This document shows positions 17,744 to 27,937 of a DNA stretch of 61,034 bases, piece after piece. The position numbers and the translations under genes are program-made. Below the pieces are notes generated by a model. It was not told where the DNA came from. It did no database searches and was given only the letters and a program-made list of their open reading frames with translations. Origin of the DNA: a bacterium (lineage in GTDB: Bacteria; Hydrothermota; UBA3073; JACQXS01); contig JAUVIV010000002.1 of the NCBI GenBank assembly GCA_030592575.1, positions 1 through 61,034 of the forward strand, read 5' to 3'. Position 1 is the stretch's first letter; every line of letters begins with the position of its first letter.

Positions 17744-19207
17744 ATGGAAAAACATATAGGACCATATAGAGTATTAAAAGAACTTGGAAAAGGAGGAACA
17801 AGCACCTGTTACCTCACTGTTAAACCACCTCTGGAACGAGAAATTTTATTGAAAGTTCTTTATCCACAGTTTGCAGGGGATGCGGAGATTCTTTCAAGGT
17901 TTGAGCAAGAAGCTCGTATAATGTCTCGTCTTCGTCATCCAAATATACTGCAAGTACTTGATTTTGGAAAATTGGATGATACTTATTTTATTGCCGTTGA
18001 TTTTATACCGGGGGAGCTACTTGACAAAGTAATTACACAAAAGAAAATTACCACAGAAGAAGCAACTTCTATTATAATGGGAGTACTTCAAGCCCTTTCC
18101 TATGTTCATAAGAGAGGAATAATTCATAGAGATGTAAAACCTTCAAACATTCTTATAACCGAAGAAGGAATTCCAAAACTTACTGATTTCGGACTTGCAT
18201 GGGCTAAAAGTCTTCAAGGAATTACACAAGAAGGGACATTTCTCGGAACCCCAAGCTATATGTCATTAGAACAACTCAAAGGTGATAAAATTGACCAGCG
18301 TACGGATATTTATTCGCTGGGACTTGTTTGGATTGAGCTACTTACAGGTAAAAAAGCTTATCCGGGAGAAAATTACGGAGAAACTATCCAAAACATTCTT
18401 ACAAAACTTCCTGTAGGAATAGATAAATTAGAGCAAAAAGTTTCGCCTGAGCTTGCCAGTATTATAAAAAAGATGGTAGAAAAATCCAAAGAACAACGAT
18501 ACAAAAGTGCAGACAAAATTATATATGACATCAAAAAATTACAAGGTATACACAATACGTCTCTACAAAAAATGAAAGCGATAGAAATTCCTCGTTGGGT
18601 TGGATGGGCAATTGCAATAATATTTCTTGGATTTGTTGGATGGAATATTCAAGAACTTTATAGTCTGAAATCAGCCACAGAACTCGGAAGCCAGATGACA
18701 AAAATGAAAAGTCGCAAAGAAAAGAAATCATTCACTTCAGAAATAGAAGACATAATGATAGCAGACGCAATAAGCAATAATTCAGAAACCAGTAGCCAAC
18801 ATCCTTTGTATATACAGGTTTTACCTTATGCAAAAATTTATCTTAATGATAGTCTTATAGGAGAAACTCCTCCGGGATTACAGACAAAAGTTACTTCAGG
18901 AGAGTATGTTCTTACTTTTAAAAATCCACAATTTCCGTCAGTAACAAAGCAACTTGAAATAAAAGATGCTCAAAATATACAAATTAATTTATTGGAGGAA
19001 GTTTCATATCTTTCCTTTATTGTTAAGCCATGGGCAGATATATGGATAGATAAGGAACCTCATGGAACTACTCCTTTTGGAACTCCTTTGATTTTATCAT
19101 CGGGAAAACACGAAATAAGACTTCACAATCCAATTTACAAAGATTATGTGGATACATTGAATTTAGAAAAGGGAGATACATTACAAATTAAATTTACATT
19201 TCAATAA
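17744..19207 (+). CDS. Ser/Thr protein kinase with TM segment and C-terminal PEGA domains
   Basis: GKGGTS..K, HRDVKPSNIL, DFG, GTPSYMSLE; TM (WVGWAIAIIFLGFVGW); two PEGA-like units (AKIYLNDSLIGETP, ADIWIDKEPHGTTP); ATG at 17744 avoids the repeat. Confidence 0.85.
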   Translation: MEKHIGPYRVLKELGKGGTSTCYLTVKPPLEREILLKVLYPQFAGDAEILSRFEQEARIMSRLRHPNILQVLDFGKLDDTYFIAVDFIPGELLDKVITQKKITTEEATSIIMGVLQALSYVHKRGIIHRDVKPSNILITEEGIPKLTDFGLAWAKSLQGITQEGTFLGTPSYMSLEQLKGDKIDQRTDIYSLGLVWIELLTGKKAYPGENYGETIQNILTKLPVGIDKLEQKVSPELASIIKKMVEKSKEQRYKSADKIIYDIKKLQGIHNTSLQKMKAIEIPRWVGWAIAIIFLGFVGWNIQELYSLKSATELGSQMTKMKSRKEKKSFTSEIEDIMIADAISNNSETSSQHPLYIQVLPYAKIYLNDSLIGETPPGLQTKVTSGEYVLTFKNPQFPSVTKQLEIKDAQNIQINLLEEVSYLSFIVKPWADIWIDKEPHGTTPFGTPLILSSGKHEIRLHNPIYKDYVDTLNLEKGDTLQIKFTFQ

Positions 19208-19839
19208 TGATATTATTAACTTTATTTATAATATTACAATCTGACACATTGCAAAAGCTTTATGATAGCGGCAATTATTTTGCTGTTATCGAACAAGCCG
19301 AGACTGCGATTAAGGATACGAATTTGACTTTAGAAGATAGGACAGGGATTCATACTATACTTGCTTTTTGCTACGTGGCATTTGACAAACCAAGACTTGC
19401 CAAACTTGAATTTCTTGAAGCTCTCACTATTAACCCTAAATTAGAACTTGACCCTATGCTTACATCTCCTAAAATTATAAAGGTTTTTCAAGAAGCTAAA
19501 TCAAACTTCCGATTCTTTATGCGAGAAAAACAGGAAGTACAAAAAATCAAAAAAGATTTTACGGCATTCACTATTCCGGGCATATGGAATATTAAAAGAG
19601 GAAATAAGAAAAGAGGCTACTGCCTCTTAGGATGGAGTGGTACAAGTGTATTATCTTTGGGAATCTCTCATTATCAATGTGAAAAATATCACAAGGAATA
19701 TTTAGATGCCAGAATACCTGAGTTAATTGAAGCTAAGTACAAAAATTATAATCGTTGGTATCAAAGTAGAATATATTCTCTTGTTTCTTTTGCTGCAACT
19801 TATACTGTTAATCTTTTCTTATTAGCACTTTCTCCTTAG
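19207..19839 (+). CDS. hypothetical membrane protein (TPR-like N-terminal half)
   Basis: ATG overlaps the kinase stop codon by one base (TAATG: stop TAA 19205..19207, ATG 19207..19209); helical repeat-like N-terminal half; hydrophobic segments near the C-terminus. Confidence 0.4.
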   Translation: MILLTLFIILQSDTLQKLYDSGNYFAVIEQAETAIKDTNLTLEDRTGIHTILAFCYVAFDKPRLAKLEFLEALTINPKLELDPMLTSPKIIKVFQEAKSNFRFFMREKQEVQKIKKDFTAFTIPGIWNIKRGNKKRGYCLLGWSGTSVLSLGISHYQCEKYHKEYLDARIPELIEAKYKNYNRWYQSRIYSLVSFAATYTVNLFLLALSP

Positions 19840-19861
19840 AGTAAAATTAGTCTGTTGATAA

Positions 19862-20154
19862 TGTCATTGCGAGAAGCAAAGCAACGAAGCAATCTCTTAT
19901 CATACTATTAAAGATTGTTTAGCAGAGCCTGCCTGAGCAAGATTCTTCACGGAGTTTACCCTGAGGCAAAAGTTGAGATTCTTCACTTCGTTCAGAATGA
20001 CAGAGGAAGGGTTCAGAATGACAGCCGAAGGGTTCAGAATGACAGAGGAAAGGTTCAGAGAATTACAGGTGGAGGGCTCAGACTTGTCCTGAGCGGAAGC
20101 GAAGGAATAACAAGTGAAGAGTTCAGAACAACAAACGAATCACTCGCAATGACA
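19862..20154. repeat. composite repeat block bounded by a perfect 12-bp inverted repeat TGTCATTGCGAG / CTCGCAATGACA
   Basis: Inverted repeat at 19862..19873 and 20143..20154; interior 19937..20116 is colinear (inverted) with the insertion in prmC at 56878..57041. Confidence 0.6.
19990..20060 (+). repeat. tandem 21-bp repeat (GTTCAGAATGACAGnnGAAGG), 3 full units plus a partial
   Basis: Units at 19990, 20011 and 20032, with a partial unit at 20053; two units are present in the prmC copy. Confidence 0.8.
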
Positions 20155-20569
20155 ATTCTTACATTTCGCAGAAGTCTGTAGAATAAACATATTTAAATTT
20201 CTATTTTCTTTTTTGCCCTCCATAGTTTATAAATCTCTATTAACGATACAAGTAAACAAATTAAACCGATTTATCTGTTTTATCCGTTGAATCCGCTTAC
20301 CAATAATACAAGTATTTTCTATTTGTAAAAATTGCACTGGTTTTGCAATAATTACATACTATATAAACAAGTGATAAAATAAGTGTTTTACGGAAAACTG
20401 CTATTGAATTGAATCTTGTGTATATCTATCTTTTTGACATATAATTTGCTATCTTAAGTTATGAGATGAAAAAGATAATTATAATTTTAGGTATAAAAGG
20501 AGGTGCTATCCAGAATAAAATAGATGGAAGAAATATAAACATTAGTAGTTTTTATAAAAGGAGGAGAAA

Positions 20570-23206
20570 ATGAAAAGGGGACTTTTTCTTGCAAGTGTTT
20601 TAATCGGATTTGCTATTACAAGTTCTGTCTGGGCAAATCCTCAGCAACAGGCAGGTATATCCGGAACAGTAACTGATGAAGAAACAAAAAATCCAATTGC
20701 AGGAGCAGATGTTTGCATATATTTAAATCCTTGGACTTCACCAATAATATGTACTAACTCCGATAGCAGTGGTTATTACGAAGTAGAATTTGGATTACGT
20801 GGTTTAGGAGGAGATGTTGATACAAATTATGTTTATGTAGCCTGCTATAAAGCAACATATAAAGGAGAATGGTGGGACAATAAATTCTCACCACAAACTG
20901 CAGATTCTATTCAAGTTATAACAGGTCAAGTACACAATGAAATAGATTTTGCTCTTGGTGCAGGAACAGCAAGTGGGATTACTGGAAAAGTAGTAGAGCA
21001 GGGAAGTGGAATAGGAATAAACGATGCAACGATTTCAGTATATGCACTTCCAGATACTATTACTGTGCTTGAAACAACTTTTACGCAATCTAATGGCACT
21101 TATTATGTTTTATTACCGTCAGGATCTTATTTATTACATGCAGAAAAACAAGGATACGATGAAGGAACACCACAAATGGTGAATGTATCTACGGGAGAGA
21201 TAACCGATAATATTAACTTTACATTGGGATATTCTCAGGGAAATGGTGCAATTTCTGGAGTTGTAATGAGTGAAGACTCAATACAGCCTCTCAACGATGC
21301 TTATGTAGAACTTTATACAAATTTGGATAATTCTCCAATCGCTTTCCAGATGACTGAACAGAATGGTTTTTATAGATTTGCTCCTCTTAGTTCGGGGAAT
21401 TATTATATCCGTGTAGTAAAGTCAGGATTCATATCTGAATGGTGGGATAATAAATTGTTCCCATATGCTGATTCTATTCTTGTAGAAGGCCGTGAAGTTA
21501 CCGACATTGATTTTTATCTTGCAAAAGATGAGCCTACAGAGGAAGGAAAAGTAGCTGGTTGGGTAAAAGATGTAATAACTATGAATCCTATAGAAGGAGC
21601 TTACGTAAAGATTGTTGGCTCTAACGACCTCGGAACTTATACTGATTATCAGGGAAGATATTTAATAAAGAAAGTTCCAGCAGGAATGCATCAAGCCACA
21701 GCAAGTGCTGCAGGATTTTCACCTTCTCTGTCAGACACATTTGAAGTTATAGCTAATGAGTGCACCGAAGACATTAATTTCCTTCTCAATCCTGATTCTA
21801 CTGGTCTTCCAGCCCATATACATGGGATAGTCCTTTCAGAGGCAAACGGGCAACCTTTACCAAACGCTTTCGTCTCAGCTCTCTATATCGGAAGTAGCCA
21901 AATAGTTACCACAGTTAAGACTCAACGAAACGGTACCTACGCAATGACAGTTTCCGCTGGTGAATATAACATCCGAGCAAATGCTTATGGATTTGATGAA
22001 GAATACTTCTACGAAAATTCTAATGACACAATAGAAGTATTTCCAGGACAAGAAATATACAATATCAACTTTACTCTGAGTGCATCAGATAGGGGTGGAA
22101 TTTCAGGAACGATACTTGATACTGCAGGTATCGGCATACCAAATGCACAAGTTCATGCACAGGGAATTAGCAACTGGTTTAGAGGTAATGCTCAAACAGA
22201 TAGTACCGGAGCTTATTTCATAGACGGACTTCTACCTGGTTTCTATAAAGTACGAGCTGTTGCTACAGGATATAAGCGTGGAGCTTATCCACAACCTGTT
22301 GAAGTACTTACCGATTCTACGACTAAATTAATTGATATAGTACTGGAAGAACTGTCTTCTCAATCAGGCACAATCTCAGGAATTGTAACAGACGACTCAA
22401 CTTCTCTTCCTATACCTCATACACTAATTATGGTTTTCTCAAGAAAACTTCCGTTTGTTGGATATGCTGTTACTAATCAGAACGGCTTTTATGTTGTAAA
22501 AGATGTACCAGTTACTACTGATAGTAGTTTCTATGTTATCGCTTTAAGCCGAGAATATATTCCAGAATTCTATAATGGAGTTTATTTCTGGAAAGAAGCA
22601 ACTCTTATACCATCTCCTGACGATAATATTGATTTTGAACTTGGACGATTTGTATCAGGATTTAAAGGTATCTGTGGTAGAATCACTCAAGGAAAAGCCA
22701 GTGTAGATAATGCTATAATATATGCTATGGACGGCGAAGATATTGTTGGTGCTGCTTACTCAATGGACGATGGAAGTTACCTTATAGATCAATTACCTCC
22801 AGGAACTTATAACCTTAAAATATCAAAACCAGGATATGATGATATAATTTACGGTCCTATATCAGTAGTTGACCAAAACATATCAGGTGTAGATATTGAG
22901 ATTAAAACCACTGGAGTCTCTGAAGATAATACAACTTCTAAAAAGCAAGCATTACAACTATCCGTTACACCAAGCATTGCAAAGAATAACACTACAATAT
23001 ACTATACACTCCCAGAGAAAAGCAATGTAGAACTTTCGGTTTACAATGTTTCCGGAAGGAAAGTTGTAACACTTACTAAGGGAAGAATTAATTCCGGTAA
23101 TCATCATGCAATTCTCAATACACAAGAACTCACACAAGGTATATATTTCGTTAGACTTAGCGGAGGGAAAACTCAACTTACAAAGAAACTCATAATCCTG
23201 CAATAA
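20570..23206 (+). CDS. large secreted protein of tandem carboxypeptidase-regulatory-like (CarboxypepD_reg) domains with T9SS C-terminal domain
   Basis: GGAGG RBS; signal peptide; about 9 units of ..ISG.V.D..t..Pi..A.V......T...G.Y....L..G.Y.....; C-terminus ..GIYFVRLSGGKTQLTKKLIILQ. Confidence 0.7.
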   Translation: MKRGLFLASVLIGFAITSSVWANPQQQAGISGTVTDEETKNPIAGADVCIYLNPWTSPIICTNSDSSGYYEVEFGLRGLGGDVDTNYVYVACYKATYKGEWWDNKFSPQTADSIQVITGQVHNEIDFALGAGTASGITGKVVEQGSGIGINDATISVYALPDTITVLETTFTQSNGTYYVLLPSGSYLLHAEKQGYDEGTPQMVNVSTGEITDNINFTLGYSQGNGAISGVVMSEDSIQPLNDAYVELYTNLDNSPIAFQMTEQNGFYRFAPLSSGNYYIRVVKSGFISEWWDNKLFPYADSILVEGREVTDIDFYLAKDEPTEEGKVAGWVKDVITMNPIEGAYVKIVGSNDLGTYTDYQGRYLIKKVPAGMHQATASAAGFSPSLSDTFEVIANECTEDINFLLNPDSTGLPAHIHGIVLSEANGQPLPNAFVSALYIGSSQIVTTVKTQRNGTYAMTVSAGEYNIRANAYGFDEEYFYENSNDTIEVFPGQEIYNINFTLSASDRGGISGTILDTAGIGIPNAQVHAQGISNWFRGNAQTDSTGAYFIDGLLPGFYKVRAVATGYKRGAYPQPVEVLTDSTTKLIDIVLEELSSQSGTISGIVTDDSTSLPIPHTLIMVFSRKLPFVGYAVTNQNGFYVVKDVPVTTDSSFYVIALSREYIPEFYNGVYFWKEATLIPSPDDNIDFELGRFVSGFKGICGRITQGKASVDNAIIYAMDGEDIVGAAYSMDDGSYLIDQLPPGTYNLKISKPGYDDIIYGPISVVDQNISGVDIEIKTTGVSEDNTTSKKQALQLSVTPSIAKNNTTIYYTLPEKSNVELSVYNVSGRKVVTLTKGRINSGNHHAILNTQELTQGIYFVRLSGGKTQLTKKLIILQ

Positions 23207-23225
23207 TTCAAACTGAAGCTCATAG

Positions 23226-23254
23226 CCCCGCACTAATTATATGTGCGGGGTTTT
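23226..23254. terminator. rho-independent terminator between convergent genes
   Basis: CCCCGCAC-n9-GTGCGGGG followed by TTTTC; sits between the convergent 3' ends at 23206 and 23257. Confidence 0.7.
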
Positions 23255-23256
23255 CT

Positions 23257-24204
23257 TTATTTTACTGTAAAATTTGTAGCTCTTGAACAACTGAAGTTTC
23301 CAAACTCATCTATTGCTTGTACCTTCCAACGATAAATAGCTTGAGGCAATGAATCAATTACTACAGTCGTATCCAATATATTATCGTATGTAAGAACCGT
23401 ATCAAGATTAGAGTATTGAAGAATTAATCGGTACACAACAGGATAGATAGGATTAATTTTCCTCCATACAAAATCTATTGGTGTAGCTTGAGGTAAAGTA
23501 TCTTTGTCAATCGGGCTTATATTGTAAGATATCTTATAAATAATTCTCGGAATATAGAAATCAAGAGAGCTTCCTATAGTTCCTTTCTTATCAAGTGCAT
23601 GTATTGTAAAAGGTCTACCAACAAGATTTTCTAACTCGTGGTTCGGATAAGGACTTTCACATATTTCTGCTTCATAAATTCCAGCATTAAAAGATAACCC
23701 TTGAGTGAAATTTCCGGTATCAAGCTCTACAACAACCCAGACTGAATCTATATCCTGTATTCCATCCGGGTCTTGAACTTCACAAGAGATATAACCCCAA
23801 TATACATTATATGATGGAAACCCCATATCTTCTTGGCAGGATATAGCACAAGCAGATTTAATTACAGGAATTCCATTAAGCAGAAAGTTCATTATTGTCG
23901 TATCTCCTACATTTATATTTATTGTGTCAGTTGTATCAGTTGCATAACTTGAAAGCTGTGCTACAAATCTCCATGTTCCCGGGTCAGGATTTAATACGAA
24001 CTCCCCAATTGAATCAGTTGTTGTACTAAATTTTATTGGAATAGTAGAAACATTCACTCCTTCAAGTGGGATTCCTACCATATCGGTAACTCTGCCTTTA
24101 ACTCTTCCTTCTTTTATATAATTCGGTGATTGCGGGTCGTACGGATTATCTCTATTGGCTTTACAACTTAAGAAGAGAAACACTAAAAACCAAAATTTTT
24201 TCAC
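23257..24204 (-). CDS. hypothetical lipoprotein with carboxypeptidase-regulatory-like domain
   Basis: GTG start at 24204 forms a GTGA overlap with the upstream stop; lipobox FLFLSC; ..GRVKGRVTDMVGIPLEGVNV.. Confidence 0.5.
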   Translation of the reverse strand: MKKFWFLVFLFLSCKANRDNPYDPQSPNYIKEGRVKGRVTDMVGIPLEGVNVSTIPIKFSTTTDSIGEFVLNPDPGTWRFVAQLSSYATDTTDTININVGDTTIMNFLLNGIPVIKSACAISCQEDMGFPSYNVYWGYISCEVQDPDGIQDIDSVWVVVELDTGNFTQGLSFNAGIYEAEICESPYPNHELENLVGRPFTIHALDKKGTIGSSLDFYIPRIIYKISYNISPIDKDTLPQATPIDFVWRKINPIYPVVYRLILQYSNLDTVLTYDNILDTTVVIDSLPQAIYRWKVQAIDEFGNFSCSRATNFTVK

Positions 24205-26246
24205 TGTTTTTTTAAGAATATCTGTTGTTTTGCAAAGTTTGATATTTTGGTCAAGAATTGTTTGTACTCTTGGTAATCCTCTACAGGTATAATTCGTTCC
24301 CATCTTGAAAACTTATCGTGAAATTCAATTTCTTGAGCAGATACTTTTTTATATTCTCCTTCATAGCTTGCATATTTACAAGATATTTTCAGCGAAGACG
24401 GAATAGATTCTATTTTATGAGTAGCAGGAAGATGAATTCGTGCATTTTGTTTGATTTCATAGGAAGTAGTATATACTATATTATATTTACGAGTAGCAAG
24501 AGAAACTTCATTAAATCTATATTTTTCTGCTCCGGGAATTCTGAATATTAAAAGATCCCCTGCAGAAGTCGGGTAATCTTTTAATTTATAATTCCATTTA
24601 AGGTAAAATTGCTTTGATAAATCTTTAAATGGACCAATCTCATAGTCAATAAGTTCAGCTCCTGGTGATTCATTATTAATTATTTCCTGAATATTGTGCG
24701 GATACTCACTTTCTCTTGTATATTTCCATCTGCCTCTTATCCATGATTCCCAAGCACCTGTATATTTCCTTTCAAATTCTACAAGTGCATCGCCCTGTGA
24801 ATTAAGAGTCATATCAATTTCAATATTTCGTGCATTATAAGAAGGAGGAGGTACTAAAATAGAGTCTATACTTCTCGCTATAGGATTTTCACATAAAATC
24901 CCATGATTCCCATGATTAAAATACGGGTATCTGTACGTTTCCGAAACCGGATCCAGCCAGAAAGTTGTATCAGGTAATCTAATTTCATTTATTGCATGAT
25001 TTGAATAACTAATAGGAAGTTCTCGTAATGGAGCAGTACCTTTTCTATTTGTTAACACATAAATAGGATAAGCATCTACGCCAATTGATCTGAGCATAGT
25101 AGCAAGAAGAATTGATTTATCAGTGCAATCACCAAATCCATTTTTCAAGGTAAGAGAAGCTAAATGTCCTGCAGAACCTGAGCTTGCACCTCCCTTAATG
25201 GATATATATCTTATATTTTGCTGCACCCAGTGATAAATAAATCCAATTGAATCATGTATGCTTTCAGCTGGTTTTATTATTTCTTCACACAAACTATCAA
25301 TTTTCGGGGTTACTTTCATTCTTCTAAGTTGCCATTTAGAATAGCGGTCATAAATATAGTCCCAATCTTTAAAAAGACTGGTAAATATTATCGGAGCAAT
25401 ATCGTCAAGTGATGGCATTCTTGGTTCATCTATAACGCCTAACACATTACAAAGTTCCCATTCGTATATTTTTTTATTAGATTTAATTGTAATTTTGGGC
25501 GTAGCTTTATCTTCGGGGAAATTTCTTGCATAAAAATTAAGCTCAAGAGAATCCGGAATTACTACTTTGAATTTTGACTTAATCGTAGGTTCACTTGATT
25601 GAAACATAGCACAAGGATTAAAAGTATTTAAGTCTGCTGGTTTTATTCTTTCGGATTCATAAACATATTCTATAATATCTTGGGTTTCAACTTCAGGTAA
25701 ATTAAAGGAAAGAGTTTTATATCTGTTAAAATAGCCCATTTTTTCAGCAGGAGAACTTATCTTGATTTTTGAATGATCAAGCCATGAGATACTGCCATCC
25801 GGATGAATCGTTCTGGCAAGTAAAATATGAATTTTAGAACGAGTTTCATTAAAACCCATTCGTTTATCTGCCCATTTCCTACACTCAGGCTTCAGGATTT
25901 TAGCAATAAAATGATAGCGATGTGTTCTTGTTCCATCCCGATGTAAGACACTAATGTCATTTACCCATAAAATTATTCCATTCGCATCTTTAAATTGAAG
26001 AGTAGATTCTTCCGCAAGTTTAAGGATTTCTTGAACAGGTATTGTATCTTCAAATGTACTAATAGATGATGTTGATGGAGGTAAAAATTTAATCTCCTGT
26101 AATTCTTCCTTGTTGATTTTTCCTTTATTCTCAAGAACTAATAAAGAATCTTTGAGATATTTTACTTCATCTTTAAAGCTTTCACCGTTCTTGAGTATTA
26201 TTCTTTGAGAAGATACTAAAAATATTACAATAAAAATATTTATCAT
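24201..26246 (-). CDS. transglutaminase-like cysteine protease family protein (DUF3857-like N-terminal region)
   Basis: Transglutaminase core GFGDCTDKSILLATMLRSIGVDA with downstream H..D; signal-anchor N-terminus. Confidence 0.7.
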   Translation of the reverse strand: MINIFIVIFLVSSQRIILKNGESFKDEVKYLKDSLLVLENKGKINKEELQEIKFLPPSTSSISTFEDTIPVQEILKLAEESTLQFKDANGIILWVNDISVLHRDGTRTHRYHFIAKILKPECRKWADKRMGFNETRSKIHILLARTIHPDGSISWLDHSKIKISSPAEKMGYFNRYKTLSFNLPEVETQDIIEYVYESERIKPADLNTFNPCAMFQSSEPTIKSKFKVVIPDSLELNFYARNFPEDKATPKITIKSNKKIYEWELCNVLGVIDEPRMPSLDDIAPIIFTSLFKDWDYIYDRYSKWQLRRMKVTPKIDSLCEEIIKPAESIHDSIGFIYHWVQQNIRYISIKGGASSGSAGHLASLTLKNGFGDCTDKSILLATMLRSIGVDAYPIYVLTNRKGTAPLRELPISYSNHAINEIRLPDTTFWLDPVSETYRYPYFNHGNHGILCENPIARSIDSILVPPPSYNARNIEIDMTLNSQGDALVEFERKYTGAWESWIRGRWKYTRESEYPHNIQEIINNESPGAELIDYEIGPFKDLSKQFYLKWNYKLKDYPTSAGDLLIFRIPGAEKYRFNEVSLATRKYNIVYTTSYEIKQNARIHLPATHKIESIPSSLKISCKYASYEGEYKKVSAQEIEFHDKFSRWERIIPVEDYQEYKQFLTKISNFAKQQIFLKKQ

Positions 26247-26249
26247 TAT

Positions 26250-26672
26250 TTACTCCTTATCTTTGTTTTTTGAAAAATTATATCCAATAAATGCTCCGAT
26301 AGGAAGTGAGAAACTTATCATTTCATTTACTTCTTTTGATTCTATTGCCATTGCTTTTGTTATGCCAGCCAATGCCAATGGAAATAAAATAGTTCCAATC
26401 AATGTGTTTACATACTTCCCGTCATCGTATTGTTTTCCTGTAATCCATAATCCAAGTGAAGCTCCAAGTCCATATAATAGGTATCCTCCTATAATATGTG
26501 TATTTCCTTCATTCCCCCATATTGCATTTGCTCCGTTAACTCCTATACAATATCCAATTGCTCCAAATGAATATCCACCTATTAATTCTTGCACATATTT
26601 TGGATGCATAAATTTAGCTTCTAAATTAACAGCACCCACTACAAGAAATAATATAAATCCAATTTTTTTCAC
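26250..26672 (-). CDS. hypothetical small membrane protein (Gly-rich TM segments)
   Basis: Signal-like N-terminus and 3-4 hydrophobic Gly-rich segments; 3-nt spacer to the next gene. Confidence 0.45.
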   Translation of the reverse strand: MKKIGFILFLVVGAVNLEAKFMHPKYVQELIGGYSFGAIGYCIGVNGANAIWGNEGNTHIIGGYLLYGLGASLGLWITGKQYDDGKYVNTLIGTILFPLALAGITKAMAIESKEVNEMISFSLPIGAFIGYNFSKNKDKE

Positions 26673-26680
26673 TGTTTTTT

Positions 26681-27787
26681 TTATTGCAAAGAAAAAAACT
26701 TTTTAATCTCTTCTGTAATTGATATAATATCGTCTTCTTTTAATTCAGGGAACATTGGGAGAGATAAAACTTTAGAACAAAGCTCTTCAGTAACAGGAAA
26801 ACTTCCCGATACTAAATCAAGATACTTATAGGCAGGTTGTAGATGTAGAGGAACAGGATAATGAATCCCTGTACTAATACCTTTTGAGTTAAGCCATTCC
26901 GATAGTTCATTACGTTTTTCAGTCTTTATCACATATAAATGGTAAACATGCTTCGCATATTCTTTTTCTTTCGGAGAAAGTACAGGTAAGGTTTCCAATA
27001 GCGAATTATATATTTTTGCATTCTGTCTTCTTTTTTCATTCCAATCAACTAAATGCCTGAGTTTTACCCGAAGAACTGCCATTTGAATTGCATCCGCTTG
27101 ATAATTGTACCCTTCAATCAAATGCGCATATTTTTCATGTCTTCCGTGATTTGCAAGTAAATTTACTTTATTTGCAATATCTTCTCTATTTGTAACTACA
27201 ATTCCGGCGTGTCCGTATGCTCCAAGATTTTTCCCCGGATAAAAAGAAAAAATACTTGCATCTCCAAACTGGCCTACTCTTTTCCCTTTATATTCTGCTC
27301 CATGAGACTGAGCGGCATCTTCTATCAAGATAAGATTATGTTTACGTGCAAGCTCAATAATCGGATCCATATCACAAGGTTGACCAAATAAATGAACTGG
27401 AATTAAGGCTCGTGTACGAGATGTAATTTTCTTCTCAATCTCTTTCAGATTGATATTATAAGAATCAGGGTCAATATCAGCAAATACTATGCGTGCTCCA
27501 GTATGAGTAATAGCTTCAGTTGTAGCAATAAATGTAGCAGGAGTTGTTATTACTTCATCTCCTTCACCAATTCCAAATGCAAGTAAAGTAAGATCCAATG
27601 CGGTAGAGCCATTACTTGTAGCCACTCCATACTTTACTCCACAAAATTCAGCAAACTCATGCTCAAATCCTGTAACCTCTTCCCCACCTGCAAATTGTGC
27701 AGATTCAATTACTTTTCGGATTGCTTTATCTATCTCATCTTTTATATTTTGATATTGGACTTTTAAATCAATAAGCGGTATATTCAT
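26681..27787 (-). CDS. DegT/DnrJ/EryC1/StrS-family sugar aminotransferase
   Basis: N-terminus IPLIDLKVQY; ..SFYPGKNLGAYG.. PLP-lysine context; ~368 aa. Confidence 0.85.
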   Translation of the reverse strand: MNIPLIDLKVQYQNIKDEIDKAIRKVIESAQFAGGEEVTGFEHEFAEFCGVKYGVATSNGSTALDLTLLAFGIGEGDEVITTPATFIATTEAITHTGARIVFADIDPDSYNINLKEIEKKITSRTRALIPVHLFGQPCDMDPIIELARKHNLILIEDAAQSHGAEYKGKRVGQFGDASIFSFYPGKNLGAYGHAGIVVTNREDIANKVNLLANHGRHEKYAHLIEGYNYQADAIQMAVLRVKLRHLVDWNEKRRQNAKIYNSLLETLPVLSPKEKEYAKHVYHLYVIKTEKRNELSEWLNSKGISTGIHYPVPLHLQPAYKYLDLVSGSFPVTEELCSKVLSLPMFPELKEDDIISITEEIKKFFSLQ

Positions 27788-27850
27788 TTTTCTCCTGTTT
27801 TTCTTCTGCTTCTTTGTTCTATATAGAAAATTGATTTATCAAACCTTTTT

Positions 27851-27900
27851 GAAGTGCAAAATCAGTGATTTTACATGCAACAACATCATTGTTGTACTCC
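27851..27900 (-). repeat. family-E double-hairpin element (inverted copy)
   Basis: Reverse complement GGAGTACAACAATGATGTTGTTGCATGTAAAATCACTGATTTTGCACTTC matches 59169..59219. Confidence 0.65.
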
Positions 27901-27937
27901 ATACTTATCATTCCAATTGTCAACAGAATAAGTGTAT

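Noticed and set aside
19990-20060. Possible CRISPR array
   Set aside because: The 21-bp units are directly adjacent without spacers, and there are no cas genes. This is a tandem repeat, not a CRISPR array.
19915-20181. 88-aa ORF (..VQNDRGRVQNDSRRVQNDRGKVQR..)
   Set aside because: It is entirely encoded by the tandem 21-bp repeat and neighbouring repeat modules, starts at TTG and has no RBS. It is a repeat-derived pseudo-ORF.
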